Source of the DNA: Chiloscyllium plagiosum
Lineage: Eukaryota
Assembly: GCF_004010195.1 (NCBI RefSeq)
Contig: NC_057757.1
Coordinates: forward strand, 6,959,402 to 7,023,401
Length of the DNA: 64,000 bases
Direction of reading: 5' to 3'
Part shown: positions 49,594-62,348 of the stretch, one piece after another
Layout of the letters: each line of letters opens with the position of its first letter
Numbering within the stretch: position 1 is the stretch's first letter
Notes under the pieces: model-generated
Told to the model about the DNA's origin: nothing
Databases searched by the model: none
What the model saw: only the letters and a program-made list of their open reading frames with translations
Program-made: the position numbers and the translations under genes

Positions 49594-50222
49594 GATGTGG
49601 AGGTGCTGGTGTTGGACTGGGGTGGGCAAAGTTAAAAATCACACAACACCAGGTTATAGTCCCACAGGTTTATTTGGAAGTCCAAGGTTTGGGAGCGCTG
49701 CTCCTTCATCAGGTAGCTAGTGGGACAGGATCATAGGGCACAGAATTTATAGCAAATTATCAAACTGTCATACAAGTGATATGTATTGAGCAAACCTGGA
49801 TTGCAATCAAGTCTTTAATCACTTAGAATGGGGATGCAAGTTTCGATTGATTAATATGTAAACCCCAGAACTTCTTTAAGCCATATTCTCGAGATAACGA
49901 GGTTTTATTTAAAAAAAAGTGACATCTCAACACAGAGTGCATTAAAGCCATGAGGCTAGAGGTGGTCTGCATACCAACTTGGGATTTATATATTAATCAA
50001 TTGAAACCTGCATCCCCAATCTAACTGATTAAAGACTTGACAGCAATCCAGGTTTGCTCAATACATTGTATCAGTTGTATGACACTTTGATCTTTTGACT
50101 ATAAATTCTGTGCCCTATGATCCTGCACCACAAGTTACCTGATGAAGCAGCAGTGCTCCCAAAGCTTGGACTTCCAAATAAACCTGTTGGATTAAAAACC
50201 GGTATTGTGTGATTTTTAACTA
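49594..50222. mobile_element. Penelope-like element forming a long inverted repeat
   Basis: Arms ~49631-49868 and ~49981-50221 are diverged reverse complements; each holds a ctgatga..stem..caaa core. Confidence 0.7.
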
Positions 50223-51746
50223 TATAGACTCAAAGTTTCACACTGCGTTTGCAAAAACACTTGGGTCTCCACACATTCAACCTTCATGATTTGAGCATCA
50301 TTATAGGAATGCAGTGCACTGCACTTGTCTCCTTCAATAATCCTCTGATCACTTGCACTGATCCCTTCGCTCACTCTAATTCCACATCGATCCTTCACTA
50401 TTCTGCCATGCTTTACTTTAAAACAGTGAATGTCGAGACAGGCCGCAATTGAGATATATAAAATTATGTTTGGGTAACACAGTGGCTCAATGGTTAGCAC
50501 TGCTGCCTCACAGCGCCAGGATCTCAGGATCGATCCCAGCCTAGAGCGACTGCCTGTGTGGAATTTGCACATTCTCCCAGTGTCTGCGTGGATTTTCTGT
50601 GGGTGCTCCCGTTTCCTTGCACAATCCAAAGAATTCCAGATTAGGTCAATTGGCTGTGCTAAATTGCCCATAGGGTTCAGGGACTTGTATGTTAGGTGCA
50701 CTAGTCTGTGGTAAACGTAGAGTAATAGGGTAAGGGAATCAGTCTGGATGGGAGACCTTTCAGAGGGTTGGTGTGGCCTGTTTCCACACTGTAGGGATTC
50801 TATGAATGGACAGGGTGGATAGAAAGCAACTGTTCCCCCTTAGTTGAGGGGTCAATAATAAAGGGGAATCATTTGAAGGTGAAAAGCAGGAGGCCTACAG
50901 AGATTTGAAGATTTTTTTTGTCCACCCAGAGGATGGTGGGAATCTGGAATGCACTGCCTGGGAGGGTAGCTGAAGTGGGAAATCTGGCAACGTTTTAGAA
51001 AAAAAATACTTGACCTTCAAGGGTCATGTCTAGAGGGTCATGTCCTGGGAACCACAGGCTAGAGTGAGAGCAGTTATTTTGCTGGTGTCATCCACCCTCT
51101 AGAAGGACAAGGACAGCAGATACATGGGGACACCGGCACCTGCGAGTTCCGCTCCAAGCCACACACCAAGCAGATTTAATAATATGTAGGCCATTCCGTC
51201 ACTGGGTCAAAATCCAGGAACTCCCTCCCTGACAGCACTATGCCCCCGTACAGCACACAGACTACAATAATTGATGAAGAGTAGGTCACCCCCATCTTAT
51301 CCAGGGCAATTAAGGGTGGACAACAAATACTGGTATCCTGATAACCGTTCACCCCTTCATTTATCAAAACCAATTCAGCTCTGTCTTTGAAAGATTCAAA
51401 ACCCTCTTCCACTGCCTTTCAGAGATGGAAGATCCATGACCCTAAGAGAAAAGGATTTCTCGTTATCTCTGCCTTAAATGGGTGATAGCCTTATTTGTAA
51501 AGTAATACCCTAGTCCTAGAGACTCCCACAAGAGGAAACGTCCTTTCCACCTTCACCCTGTTGAGTTTCCTCAGGATCCTTTATGTTTCAACTATGCCCA
51601 CTTTCCCTCCTGAATCCCATGTACCTATGCTTCCCGAAGCTTTCTGAATGCCCATTAACGATCATTCTGACCCCTTAAACATGCCACTGAAGAGTGAGTC
51701 CGTGCCACATACAGTCTCCCTGTGAATGCCGATATGGTGTCAGTAC

Positions 51747-51870
51747 CTTGTCATGCAACATCCAGCCAACATACTTCAGGTAGCTGTCGTTGAGAAACGA
51801 GTTGCTATAACGCTTCATCCACACACCAATCTCCTCCATACAGATAGCGCGGATCTCCGCGATCAAATCC
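51747..51870 (-). CDS. STAG3: STAG3 exon (stromalin conserved domain)
   Basis: [41 protein letters not shown]. Confidence 0.94.
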
Positions 51871-52124
51871 CTGCACAGCGAACAAAAAAAAAAAATCAGA
51901 CTCACCACTACAGACTATAACACTGTATAAAACACCACAGCGATATGCACGCGCAATTGGTGCCCTCTAAAACACGGACACACTGGCAAATTATTCCGAC
52001 AGAGGGGCACGCACTGGCGACAGTGACCCCGACAGAGAGAGAAACATTTGGGACAACTTTCTCAGCATGACCACCAAGACATCACACAAGTGTCCATTTC
52101 TGCATCAGAGCAGTTCCAACCTAC

Positions 52125-52198
52125 CGATATCGGTGGACAAACACCCCCTTAAAGATTGCATTCATCATGTTCTCAATCTCTTCCTGATTCTGTTGGAG
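52125..52198 (-). CDS. STAG3: STAG3 exon
   Basis: [24 protein letters not shown](R). Confidence 0.93.
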
Positions 52199-52458
52199 CT
52201 GCAATGGAACAGAAGTGTTAACAGTGAAACGTTGCACTTTGCAGAATAACAGCTAATGCACATGAAGCGTGTGGTCAGCCCGCGTTAGTCTGAGACCACA
52301 TGCCAGCTCTTCAGTTGGTCAACAATGATGGCTAAACAATCTCACTTGGTCAGCCAGGGAATATTGCTGTGAGTGCCAGAGGGGGACACAGTGACCCACA
52401 GCACTTGACACCAGTCCAATATACACATGTATTTTCATGTCTACTTGCACCCCCTCAC

Positions 52459-52610
52459 CTCCTTGCGTTTCTGCAGCAACATTTCCAGACGGTCATTGGC
52501 CCGTTTCCCTGCAGCTTTGTTCCGCTCAGTGTCGTACTGACGCTGGATGTTTTCCTGATGGCCATTCAGATTCAAAGCCACATCCACCAGTGCGGTCATT
52601 AGCTTCATTG
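52459..52610 (-). CDS. STAG3: STAG3 exon (STAG domain)
   Basis: [51 protein letters not shown]. Confidence 0.94.
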
Positions 52611-53225
52611 CTGCAGTTATAAAAACCAGACATGAGACAGAGCAGAGGACTTTGCACATGGAGAAATCCAGATGCCTGACCCCCAACCCGAGAGACTGCT
52701 CTTGCACCAGGATCCTGCTCAGAGAGACCCAGGTGTCGGACACCCTTCCCCCAGAGAGACCACCAAGACACTGGCCACTCCCTCAGAGTAACCCAAGTGC
52801 TAGAACTACTCCCTTCGCCCCCACCCGGAGACACAGACATCTACCCACGTTCCACCAGAAAGACCCGGACACTGGACCCTTCCCTCAGAAGAACCAGACA
52901 CTGTCCCTCTGTCCTCTCCCCACTGCTCTCCTCGACACACAGAGACAGGACCTCTCTCCCAGGGAGACTCAGACACTGACACCCCCTCCACACCTCAGAT
53001 ACGGCACCATCACCCGCTTCAGAGGTCGCCTCCTTTAGCAGGAACCAGGCACTAGCCCCTTCTTCCCTGAACAGCCATGGGCCTCCCCCTCCCAGAGGGG
53101 GACTCTGTACAACAGACCCCTCTCCCATAGAGCCCCATACACTGCAGCCCACTCTAGAACCTTAAGATGGGATTCAGCAGCTCAGCTAAGATTACGGACA
53201 GACAGTTGCAGTGTTATATTCTCAC

Positions 53226-53430
53226 CAGCCAATGTGCTGGTGTGTCGGAACGCTCGGACCTGAGAATCAGACAGTCCTGTCAGCAGGGAGATCAGTACGT
53301 CCACCATATATTCATCGTAGATGACATTGTACTGACACTGACGCACCAACACGGTAATGAATTCACAGAAATTCTGGCGGAATTTCTTCCACATGGGACC
53401 TGCCATCGATAGAGGGTAATCACCGCTGTC
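53226..53430 (-). CDS. STAG3: STAG3 exon (STAG domain)
   Basis: [68 protein letters not shown]. Confidence 0.95.
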
Positions 53431-53538
53431 CTGAAATAGACAGGGAGGGAATCACATTATACTTCCTGGTGTACTTGCTCACTGCAGGTCCACACGCAAG
53501 TGCACACACACACGCAAGACCGAGCGTACGTACGAACG

Positions 53539-53572
<34 letters not shown>

Positions 53573-54310
53573 GTGCAGAGAGTCAAAGACATGGCATATC
53601 AAGGAACAAAGATATGGAAACATAAACAAGCGCGTGCACACAGCAACTGGTGCACTTGCGCACACACTCAAGCAGAGACAAAGATACTGAGGCACACACA
53701 GACGTATGAGCACGCACGCACTCCCACCACTATCTATACACAGCCTACTGCCACTCTGCTGGAGAAACTATGATAAAATGACCATATGGGTTATACACAG
53801 ATAATGGGCGACTGATTGAATCAATTACTTTCTGCGTTGCAACTCGTCAAACGCCCACCCCCCACTGTAACCTCAGAACCGGCGGGATCGGGCTCCCAAT
53901 CGTGCAGGTCATAAGGGCCTGTCCCTGCTTGGCGCCAAAGTTCACCCCATTAGGAGATCTCTACCCCCACCCACCCACCCAAAGTAGCAAACAGGACCAG
54001 TTAGAGGCTCCACACAGTCATTGAGCACAGAGCATTCTCAGATCCACACCCGAGTCCAAGTGGGGCACTCAGCTTTTCCAGTGAACATGAGAGCAAGGGG
54101 AGGCCATTCAGCCCCTCCAACCTTTTCCGCAATTCAGCCAGATCACAGGTGATCCTACCACAATTCCATGCCTCCATAGAACTTCATATTCACAGCTAGC
54201 AGAACTAACCATTGATCTCAACCCTTTTACCCAAGTCATGAACAGAAACGATAAACCATTGGAGGGTTCCGTTCAGATCCTCAGAGTGTAAGCAGAGCTA
54301 CCAGAATTAC

Positions 54311-54387
54311 CTCATCAAATTCCTCAGTCATTTTCCGGATGATCTCGGCATTTTGCAGCTTGTGGAACATCTGTGAGGTAATAATCC
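54311..54387 (-). CDS. STAG3: STAG3 exon
   Basis: GIITSQMFHKLQNAEIIRKMTEEFDE. Confidence 0.93.
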
Positions 54388-56021
54388 CTAAAACAAACAT
54401 GAAAAAAACACATCGATGTGAGCTGGATCGATTTAAATGATGGCCCTCTGACACTTGCTGTACCTGACAGAAACAGGAGGCCACTCAGCCATGGAGTCTA
54501 TTCTGCACAATCATTCAGTCCCACAAGACCAACCGCTTAAATCTTAAATTTAATGTTGACCTCACTCTTTGTGCACCTTCTCTGCAGTCGGGGCATTGTA
54601 TCCCTCACTCTGCTTTATTACCCTTACACTCTTGGTGTGGTATGACCCGCCTGCACTGCACACAAAACAAAAAACTTTTCACTCTGCCTAGGTACATGTA
54701 TGTGACAATAATAAATCAAATCCAGCAGGAACAGTAGAGTCATTCAGAACCAAAGATTATTACAGAGGAAGAGATCATTCAGTCCCTTCAGCTTGCTACA
54801 CAGGAACAGGATGAGGCCATTCTGGCCCCTCTGAGAAACAGGAGGCAGCAATTCACACGTGTCACACCAGAAGAGGTGGCAGCTATTAATCCCTACAACC
54901 TGTTACATGGAACAAGCCTATGCAACCCTTCAAACTGCATCAAAATGTGTGGCGCTGGAAAAGCACAGGAGGTCAGGCACATCGGAGGAGGAGAATCGAT
55001 GTTTTGATTAGCGCTGCTGCCTCACAACATCGGGGATCTGGGTTCAATTCCAGCCTTGGCTTACTGCCTATGTGGAGTTTGCACATTCTCCCCACATCTG
55101 CTTAGGTTTCCTCTGAGTGCTCCAATTTCCTCACTCAGTCCAAAGATGTGCAGTTATGGAATGGCCGTACTAAATTGTCCCATAGTGTCTAGGTATGTGC
55201 ATGCTAGGTGGATTGGCCATGGTAAAATGTGGGGCTATGGGGATAAGGAGAGGACTGGATGGTTGCTCCTCAGAGAGTTGGTGCAGACCAGATGGGCCAA
55301 ATAGAATCCCTACAGTGCAGGGAGAGGCTATCAATCATCCTTCTACAACTCTCCCTCCGGCTTTCAGCTGATGGATGTGACCCGCTCCTGAATTAGCTAC
55401 TTGAGGATCCACGCTGCCAGGGTCAGAGGGAGGGGGTACCTCCCTGTGGTGGGGGGGGTTAGATTAGAGCTCAGCCAGCCAGGGGTGCGCACACTCGCCC
55501 TCGTCCATCAAACGAGAGCATAGCCTGGGGTCCTGGGCAAGGCGGGGACACAGTGGCACACTCAGCAGAGCCAGGTCACTCTGTTGGTGACAGCAAGAGG
55601 AGCCGGTGGTAGTGACTCATGCAGCAGCAGGACAACACCAGGAAGACGGCCCTCAGATTATCAAGGTTATCAAGCAACAGCCAATGGGACTGTGGCCTAT
55701 GCGTATCCCAATCTCTCTCAGATCAGCAGTGGATTAAAGAAACATGGGCTGAGTAACAGTTGCCATGGGCCAGGCAAAGGGTGGAAAAAGGGCTGCCTCA
55801 CAGCACCAGGGACCCGGGCTCGATTCCAGCCTCAGGGGACTGCCTGTGTGGAGTTTGCACATTCTCCCCATGTCTCCGTGAGTTTCCTCTGGGTGTTCTG
55901 GAGTCCTTCAGCATCTGCAGTCCTCACTTTCACTTCCTCCCATAGTGCAAAGATGTGCAAGTTAGATGAATTGGCCAAACTAAATTGCCCATAGTTTTCA
56001 GGGATGTGTAGGTTAGGAATA

Positions 56022-56165
56022 CAGAGGGCCCTCGATTATCCGAATGTCGGATTATCCGGCAAGATCGCAAGGTCCCGATTCTTGGTTAAACTATGATATC
56101 CAGCATTCAATTAACCAAACAAAATACTCCCTGACCGAGTCCTTCGGATAATCAAGGTTCCTCTG
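56022..56165. mobile_element. Tc1/mariner(pogo)-type MITE, 144 bp, nested in a V-SINE (~55790-56272)
   Basis: TA|CAGAGGGCCCTCGATTATCCGAA ... TTCGGATAATCAAGGTTCCTCTG|TA; TIRs match 20/23. Confidence 0.8.
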
Positions 56166-56570
56166 TATACAGTAATAGGGTAGAGGAATGGGTCTGGGTG
56201 GGTTACTGTGCAGAGGGTCAGTATGGACTTGTTGGGCCGAATGGCCTGTTTCCACACTGTAGGGATTCTATGAAAAGGAAAGGAATCTAGTGAACCAAAA
56301 GATTTTTTAAAAGATGGTGATGAAGGACAGATTCTTCTCTCAGAGGGACACTAGTCCTGAGAAAGCTCTTCCCCAGCAAAGCAAGAGAGACTGCATCCGT
56401 GAATATATTCAAGCTGGACAGATTGTTGATCCACCAAGTGAGTAGAGGGTTATGAGGACCAGGCGAGAATATAGAGTTACGGCCAAAATCAGATCAGCCA
56501 CGATCTTATCAAACAGCACTGAGCATCAGTCCTGCTTGCGGACGCAAAGCATGGCCTCAACACCTCTCAC

Positions 56571-56667
56571 CTTTACACCCACAGCTGTGGATGAAGAAGT
56601 TCAGAAGTTCCAGCAGACCAGTCTCTCTGTCCAGCTTGTAAACCTCCAGCCATTCGTCAACCAGGGT
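56571..56667 (-). CDS. STAG3: STAG3 exon
   Basis: [32 protein letters not shown](G). Confidence 0.93.
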
Positions 56668-56875
56668 CTGCAGGAGGAGCACACAGTCAATTACATTCAA
56701 TAGTGGTGTCGCTCCACACAGTCAGTCACATCCACAGTAGTGCCAGTGCAGGTGGTACGCCCTCCCGGAGAGTGACGCATTATCAAATCTCACATGAACA
56801 TTCCCAATATAACCAGAACCGAAACGCCAATGGGGTGCCCACCCCACCCACAACCGGGCGGCATCAAGTCTTGAC

Positions 56876-57010
56876 CTGCATGGCACTTTTTGCAAGCTTC
56901 ACCGCCTCGAACAGGTTGCTGGCTTCTTTCTGTTGTCCCGGAGCGGCTGCTTTCACACCCGACTTCTGTCCCGCTTTCGCGGCCGACACGTGTCCCACTT
57001 TCCTGGAGGA
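56876..57010 (-). CDS. STAG3: STAG3 exon
   Basis: SSRKVGHVSAAKAGQKSGVKAAAPGQQKEASNLFEAVKLAKSAMQ (human NDLFNAVKAAKSDMQ). Confidence 0.9.
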
Positions 57011-57039
57011 CTAGAGAAACAGAGTTCAGACAGCCAACT

Positions 57040-58715
57040 ATCAAACAGCTTCAGCACAGTGTCTCACGCACTGAGTGCATTTATTGCAGAGGGTGGTGGA
57101 GGGTTGCTTTTCAGACTGGAGGCCTGTGACCAGCAGTGTGCCACAAGGATCGGTGCTGGGCCCATGACTTTTCAACATTTTTAAAAATGATTTGGATATG
57201 GTTAGTAGGTTTGCAAGTGACGCCAAAATTGGAGGTGCGGTGGACAGAGAAGGAGGTCAGAGTCGAAAAGTGTGGCACTGGAAAAGCACAGTCAGTCAGG
57301 CAGCACCTGAGTGAAAGATTCGATATTTCGGCCATACATCCTTCATCAGGAATGTGGTGGGAGGGAAAGGGGGTTGAGAGCTGGGGCTAGCTAGGAAGGT
57401 GATAGGTGGGGGGTGATTGTGATAGATTTTTGGGGAAGGTGGGGGGGAGCGGAGATGTGGGAAGGAAAATGGACAGGTGGGTCACTTCAACTCTCCCTCC
57501 ACCAAGGACATGCAGGTCCTGGGCCTCCTCTACCACCAATCCAAGTCACCCCAGATCTGGAGGAAGAACGCCTCCCCTTCTGCCTTCAGACCCTTCAACC
57601 ACATGGCATCAACGTCAAATTCGCTAGTTTCCAAATCTCCTCTCCCCCACCTCATCCCAGATCCAACCGTCCAACCCAGCACTGCTCTCTTGACCTGTCA
57701 GCTCCCTTCCCCCACCCCCAATATTGCTGAAGGGCTTATGCCTGAAACGTCGACTCTTCTGTTCCTCGGAAGCTGCCTGACCTGCTGTGCTTTCCAGCAC
57801 CAGACGTTTCGGCGCTAACTCTCCAGCATTTGTAGTCCTCACTTTCTCTCAGAGAAGGCTACCTCAGAGAACAACAGGATCTTGATCAGATGGACCAAAG
57901 GGCCGAGAAGTAGCAGACGGAGTTTAATTTGGATAGATGTGAGGTCTGTGTTTTGGAAAGGCAAATGAGGGGACGGCTTATACACTTAATGGTAAGGTCC
58001 TGAGGTGTGTTGCTGAACAAAGAGTCCTTGGAGTGCAGGTTCATAGCTCCTTGAAAGTGGAGTCGCAGGTAGATAAGATAGTGAAGGTGGCATTTGGTAT
58101 GCACGCCTTTATTGGTCAGTGCATTGCGTACAGGAGTTGGGAGGTCATGTTGAGGCTGTACAGGATATTGATTAAGGCACTTTTGGGATACTGTGGTCAA
58201 TTCTGGTTTCCTGTTATAGGAAGAATGTTGTGAAATTTGAAGAGGTGCAGAAAAGATTTACAAGGATGTTGCCAGGAGGATTTGAGCTGTAGGGAGAGGC
58301 TGAATAGGCTGGGACTATTTTCCCTGGAGTGGAGGCTGAGGGGTGACCTTATCGAGATTTATAAGGTCACGAGGGGCATGGACAGGATAAACAGACAAGG
58401 TATTTTCTCCGGGATGGAGTCAACCAAAATTAGAGGCCATAAGTTTAAGGGGAGGGAGGAAAGATATAAAAGGGATCTAAGGGGCAACTTTTTCACGCAG
58501 AGGGTGGTGCATGTTTGGAATGAGCTGCCAGAGGAAGTGGTGGAGACTCATACAATTACAACATTTAAAAGGCATCCGGATGGATATATGAATAGGAAGG
58601 GCTTAGAGGGATACTGGCGAAATGCTGGTAAATGGGACTAGATTAGGTTAGGATATCTGGTCAGCATGGACGAGTTGGACCGAAGGATCTGTTTCCGTGC
58701 TGTCCATCTCTATGA
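57040..58715 (+). mobile_element. Degenerate CR1 LINE (RT to 3' end) interrupted by a Penelope-like insertion (~57255-57850)
   Basis: VTSSVPQGSVLGP RT motif, VQVHSSLKVESQVDKIVK, LRGDLIEIYK, ...EGYWRNAGKWD*. Confidence 0.85.
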
Positions 58716-58739
58716 GTCTGTGTGTTCAGGAAGAATTTC

Positions 58740-60765
58740 TCATGCAGTATGTAGAATAGGCCTACTAGAAAAGGGGCAAAACATAATCTCTTCTTGGGAA
58801 ACAATGCAGAGTTTGTGACGAATGTGTTAATAGAGGAGTACTCTGTGACCAGTGACCATAATTCAGCGTGATTAACAATAGCTATGGGAAAGGACGTGCC
58901 TGGTTCACAAGTTGAAGTTCTAAACTGGAGCAAGGCCAATTCTGATGATCTTAAAACAGAAACTTTCAAAGGTTGACGGGGGAGGCTGTTTGCAGGCAGA
59001 GGTACATCTGTCAAGTGGGAGGCTTTCAAAAGTGAGTTACTGAGGGTTCAGGGCCAGCAAGCTCCTGTTAGAGTGAAGGGCAAGGATAGCAAGAGTAGGG
59101 AACACTGGATGACTAGAGGCTCTGGTCTTGGAAAAAGGAGGCATATGATATGTATAGGCAACTGGAATCAAATTAGTGGGCGGCACGGTGGCACAGTGGT
59201 TAGCACTGCTGCCTCACAGCGCCAGAGACCCGGATTCAATTCCCGCCTCAGGCGACTGACTTGGTGGAGTTTGCACGTTCTCCCCGTGTCTGCGTGGGTT
59301 TCCTCCGGGTGCTCCGGTTTCCTCCCACAGTCACAAAGATGTGCAGGGTCAGGTGAATTGGCCATACTAAATTGCCCGTAGTGTTAGGTAAGGGGTAAAT
59401 GTAGGGGTATGGGTGGGTTTCGCTTCGGCGGGTCAGTGTGGACTTGTTGGGCCGAAGGTCCTATTTCCACACTGTAATGTAATCTAATCTAATGTAATCT
59501 AATCTAATCAAATGAATTCCTTTTGGAGTACAGAGGCTGCTGGAGTACATTTAAGAGAGAAATCAGGAGGGCTAAAAGGGGACATGAGATGGCTTTGGCA
59601 GATAAGATGAAGGAGAATCCAAAGAGATTCCAGAAGCACATGAAGGGCAAAAGAGTAACACGGGAGAGAATAGAGCCTCTTAAAGATCAACAAGGTCACC
59701 TGTGTGCAGAGCCACAAGGGCAGGATGAAATCCTAAATGAATATCTGTCAGTATTTACCATTGAGAAAGGTATGGATGTTAGGGAACAAATAGCGATACC
59801 TTAAAGAGTGTGTTGGTGATAGCCAAAGATGAAGTGCCTGAAGACTAGAGGGTGGCTAATGTCATTCCATTATTTAAGAAAGACTGCACAGAAATGCCTG
59901 CGAACTACAGACTGGTGAGCTTAACACCCACGGTCGGTAAGTTGTCAGAGGGGATTCTGAGAGACAGGATCTACAGGCATTTAGAGAAGCAAGGACTCAT
60001 TTGGGATAGTCAGCATGGCTTTGAGCATGGGAAATCGTGTCTCATGAATTTGATTCAAGTTTTCTTAAGAGGTGACCAAGAAACTAGATGACATTGTCAA
60101 CATGGACTTTAGTAAGACCTTTGACAAGGTACCACATGGTAAGTTGTTAAGGTTAAATCGCAGGGAAAGCGAGCCAATTGGATACAAAATTGGCTTGATG
60201 GTCAAAGACAGTGTGGTAAAGGGTTGATTTTTTTCAGACTGGAGGCTTTCGACCAGCAGTGTGCCATAGGAATCGGTGCTGGGTCCACTGTTATTCATCA
60301 TTTATATAAAAGATTTAGAATTTAGGGAGTGAGTTTGCCAAGATCGCTGAGGTAGTGGACAGTGAAGGTTATCTGGAAATGTAGAGAGATATTGATTAAC
60401 TGGGCTAATGGGCTGAGCAATGACAGACGGAGGTATTTAGATAAGAACAGCACTTACAGTTAATGGTAGGGTCCTGGGGAGTGTTACAGAACAAAGAGAT
60501 CTCGGGATACAGGCTCATAGCTCCCTGAAAGTGGAGTCACAAGTGGACAGGGCAGTGAAAGCAGCTTTTGGAATGCTAGTTTTCATCAGTCAGAGTGTAG
60601 GATTGGGACGTTTTATTACAGCTGAACATCAACTTGGTGAGGCCACATTTGGAGTTCTGCATGTAGTTCTGGTTGCCCTACTATAGAAAGGATATTATTA
60701 AACCAGAAAGAGTGCAGAAAAGATTTACTAGGACGCTGCCTGGACTGGAAGGTACGACTCTATGA
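58740..60765 (+). mobile_element. Degenerate CR1 LINE ORF2 fragment
   Basis: KREIRRAKRGHEMALADKMKENPKRF, ANVIPLFKKD..PANYRLVSLT..SQHGF, DFSKTFDKVPH. Confidence 0.85.
59178..59508 (+). mobile_element. Full-length young V-SINE (HE1-like) inserted in CR1
   Basis: gggcggcacggtggcacagtggttagcactgctgcctcacagcgccagagacccggattcaattcc head; (TAATC)n tail. Confidence 0.9.
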
Positions 60766-61003
60766 GAAGGATTGCGAACAAGATGGGGTGTGTTTGTGGC
60801 TGAACTACAAAGTTGAGAAAAGGAAGGCAGATGGGAAAGGGTTGCATGTGATGCCATTAACAGCTTTACATTGTGAGGTAGGAACAGTTAGCATTCTCTG
60901 AGTTGTCACTGACAAAACTCCCACTAATTCATCTCTAAACATGGAATGCCCAATATTTACTGAAGCAATGAAAACATCAGCCTTCTCCATCTCAGATACT
61001 CAC

Positions 61004-61141
61004 CTGAGCCATACTTTTCAGCTGCCTGACGCTCACCGATAGATTACTCGTTTCCTGATCACTGCTCGGGTGCATCGAGACATTTTCTTTCCCCGCTGTC
61101 TGGGGGTTACTCTTTGCTGGCACCCGCCTTGATCTCGAGAG
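61004..61141 (-). CDS. STAG3: Candidate STAG3 N-terminal exon (alternative donor would end it at 61037)
   Basis: Non-repeat island with gtgttctccAG acceptor and GTGAGT/GTGAGC donors; open frame LSRSRRVPAKSNPQTAGKENVSMHPSSDQETSNLS... joins the next exon in phase 0; no recognisable homology. Confidence 0.4.
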
Positions 61142-61636
61142 CTGGAGAACACACCGGAATGAATGTGAGTATACATGGCAGACTGAAACACGTGCAAAAG
61201 AATTACATTCTTCCTGCAGCTTGTAAACAAAGAGGCCTTTTGACCCAACTCATCCGTTCTGATTTTTAAACAATTATTTCATGGGTTACGGACGTCACTG
61301 GGTCTGGTGGCCGACCCTAGTTGGCTCTGGAGAAAACAGTGGTGAGCTGCCTTCTTGAACCAAAGCAGTCCATTTGACGTAGGACCCCACAATGCTGCTC
61401 AGGATGAAGACTTCACACCTATTCAACATATTGATTCACAGAATGAGAGTGTCACTGGCTCAATTAGCATTTACTACCCAGCCCTAATTGCCAGGAGGGC
61501 AGTTAAGAGTCAACCACATTGCTGTGGATGTGAAGGCCAGACCAGGTAAGGATGACATTTTCCTTCCCTAAAGGACATTAGTGACTGGATGTGTTTTTTC
61601 CAACCACTGACAATAGATTCATAGCCATCATTTACT

Positions 61637-62190
61637 ATACAAAACGCTGGTGCGGCCACACTTGGAATATTGTGTACAGTTCTGATCCCCATATTTCGGG
61701 AAGGATGTGGAAGCAATGGAAAAGGTGCAGAGGAGATTTACCAGGATGTTGCCTGGTCTGGAGGGAGGGTCTTATGAGGAAAGGCTGAGAGACTTGGGTC
61801 TGTTCTCATTGGAAACAAGAAGGCAAAGAGGGGATTTGGTAGAGACATACAAGATGACCAGAGGATTAGATAGGGTAGACAGTGAAAGTAGTTTTCCTAG
61901 GATGATGACGTCAGCGTGTACGAGGGGGCATAACTACAAATTTAGGGGTGATAGATTTAAGATAGATGTCAGAGGGAGGTACTTTACGCAGAGACTGGTA
62001 AGGGCGTGGAATGCCCTACCTGCTAATGTAGTCAACTCTGCCACATTAGAGAGATTTAAACAATCCTTATATACGCACATGGATGATTTTGGGATAGTGT
62101 AGGGGGATGAGCTGAGAATATTTCACAGGTCGGCGCAACATCGAGGGTCGAAGGACCTGTTCTGCACTGTATTGTTCTATGTTCTATTAG
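61637..62190 (+). mobile_element. CR1 3' fragment with (TTCTATG)-like tail
   Basis: YKTLVRPHLEYCVQF..MEKVQRRFTRMLPGL...TRGHNYKFRGDRFKIDVRGRYFTQRLVRAWNALP. Confidence 0.88.
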
Positions 62191-62279
62191 ACTCTTAATT
62201 CCAAATTTTTAAAACTCAGATGTTTACAGTACAGAAGTCAGTCATTTGGTCCATCACATCAATTCCATGCTTTCTTTAA

Positions 62280-62348
62280 CTACCTACCTAACCTACCTAC
62301 CTACCTAACCTACCTACCTACCTACCTAACCTACCTAACCTAACTACC
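62280..62348. repeat. (CTAC/CTAAC)n microsatellite
   Basis: tacctacctaacctacc... run. Confidence 0.9.

Noticed and set aside
52680..53150. Loose ~35-bp repetition (also 1-300 and 14150-14380)
   Set aside because: Too degenerate to define a unit by eye; probably old decayed minisatellites
59178..59250. tRNA gene
   Set aside because: tRNA-like A/B boxes are the head of a SINE, continuing into the V-domain and a LINE-like tail
57040..62190. Intact autonomous LINE / reverse transcriptase gene
   Set aside because: Multiple stops, frameshifts, deletions and nested insertions
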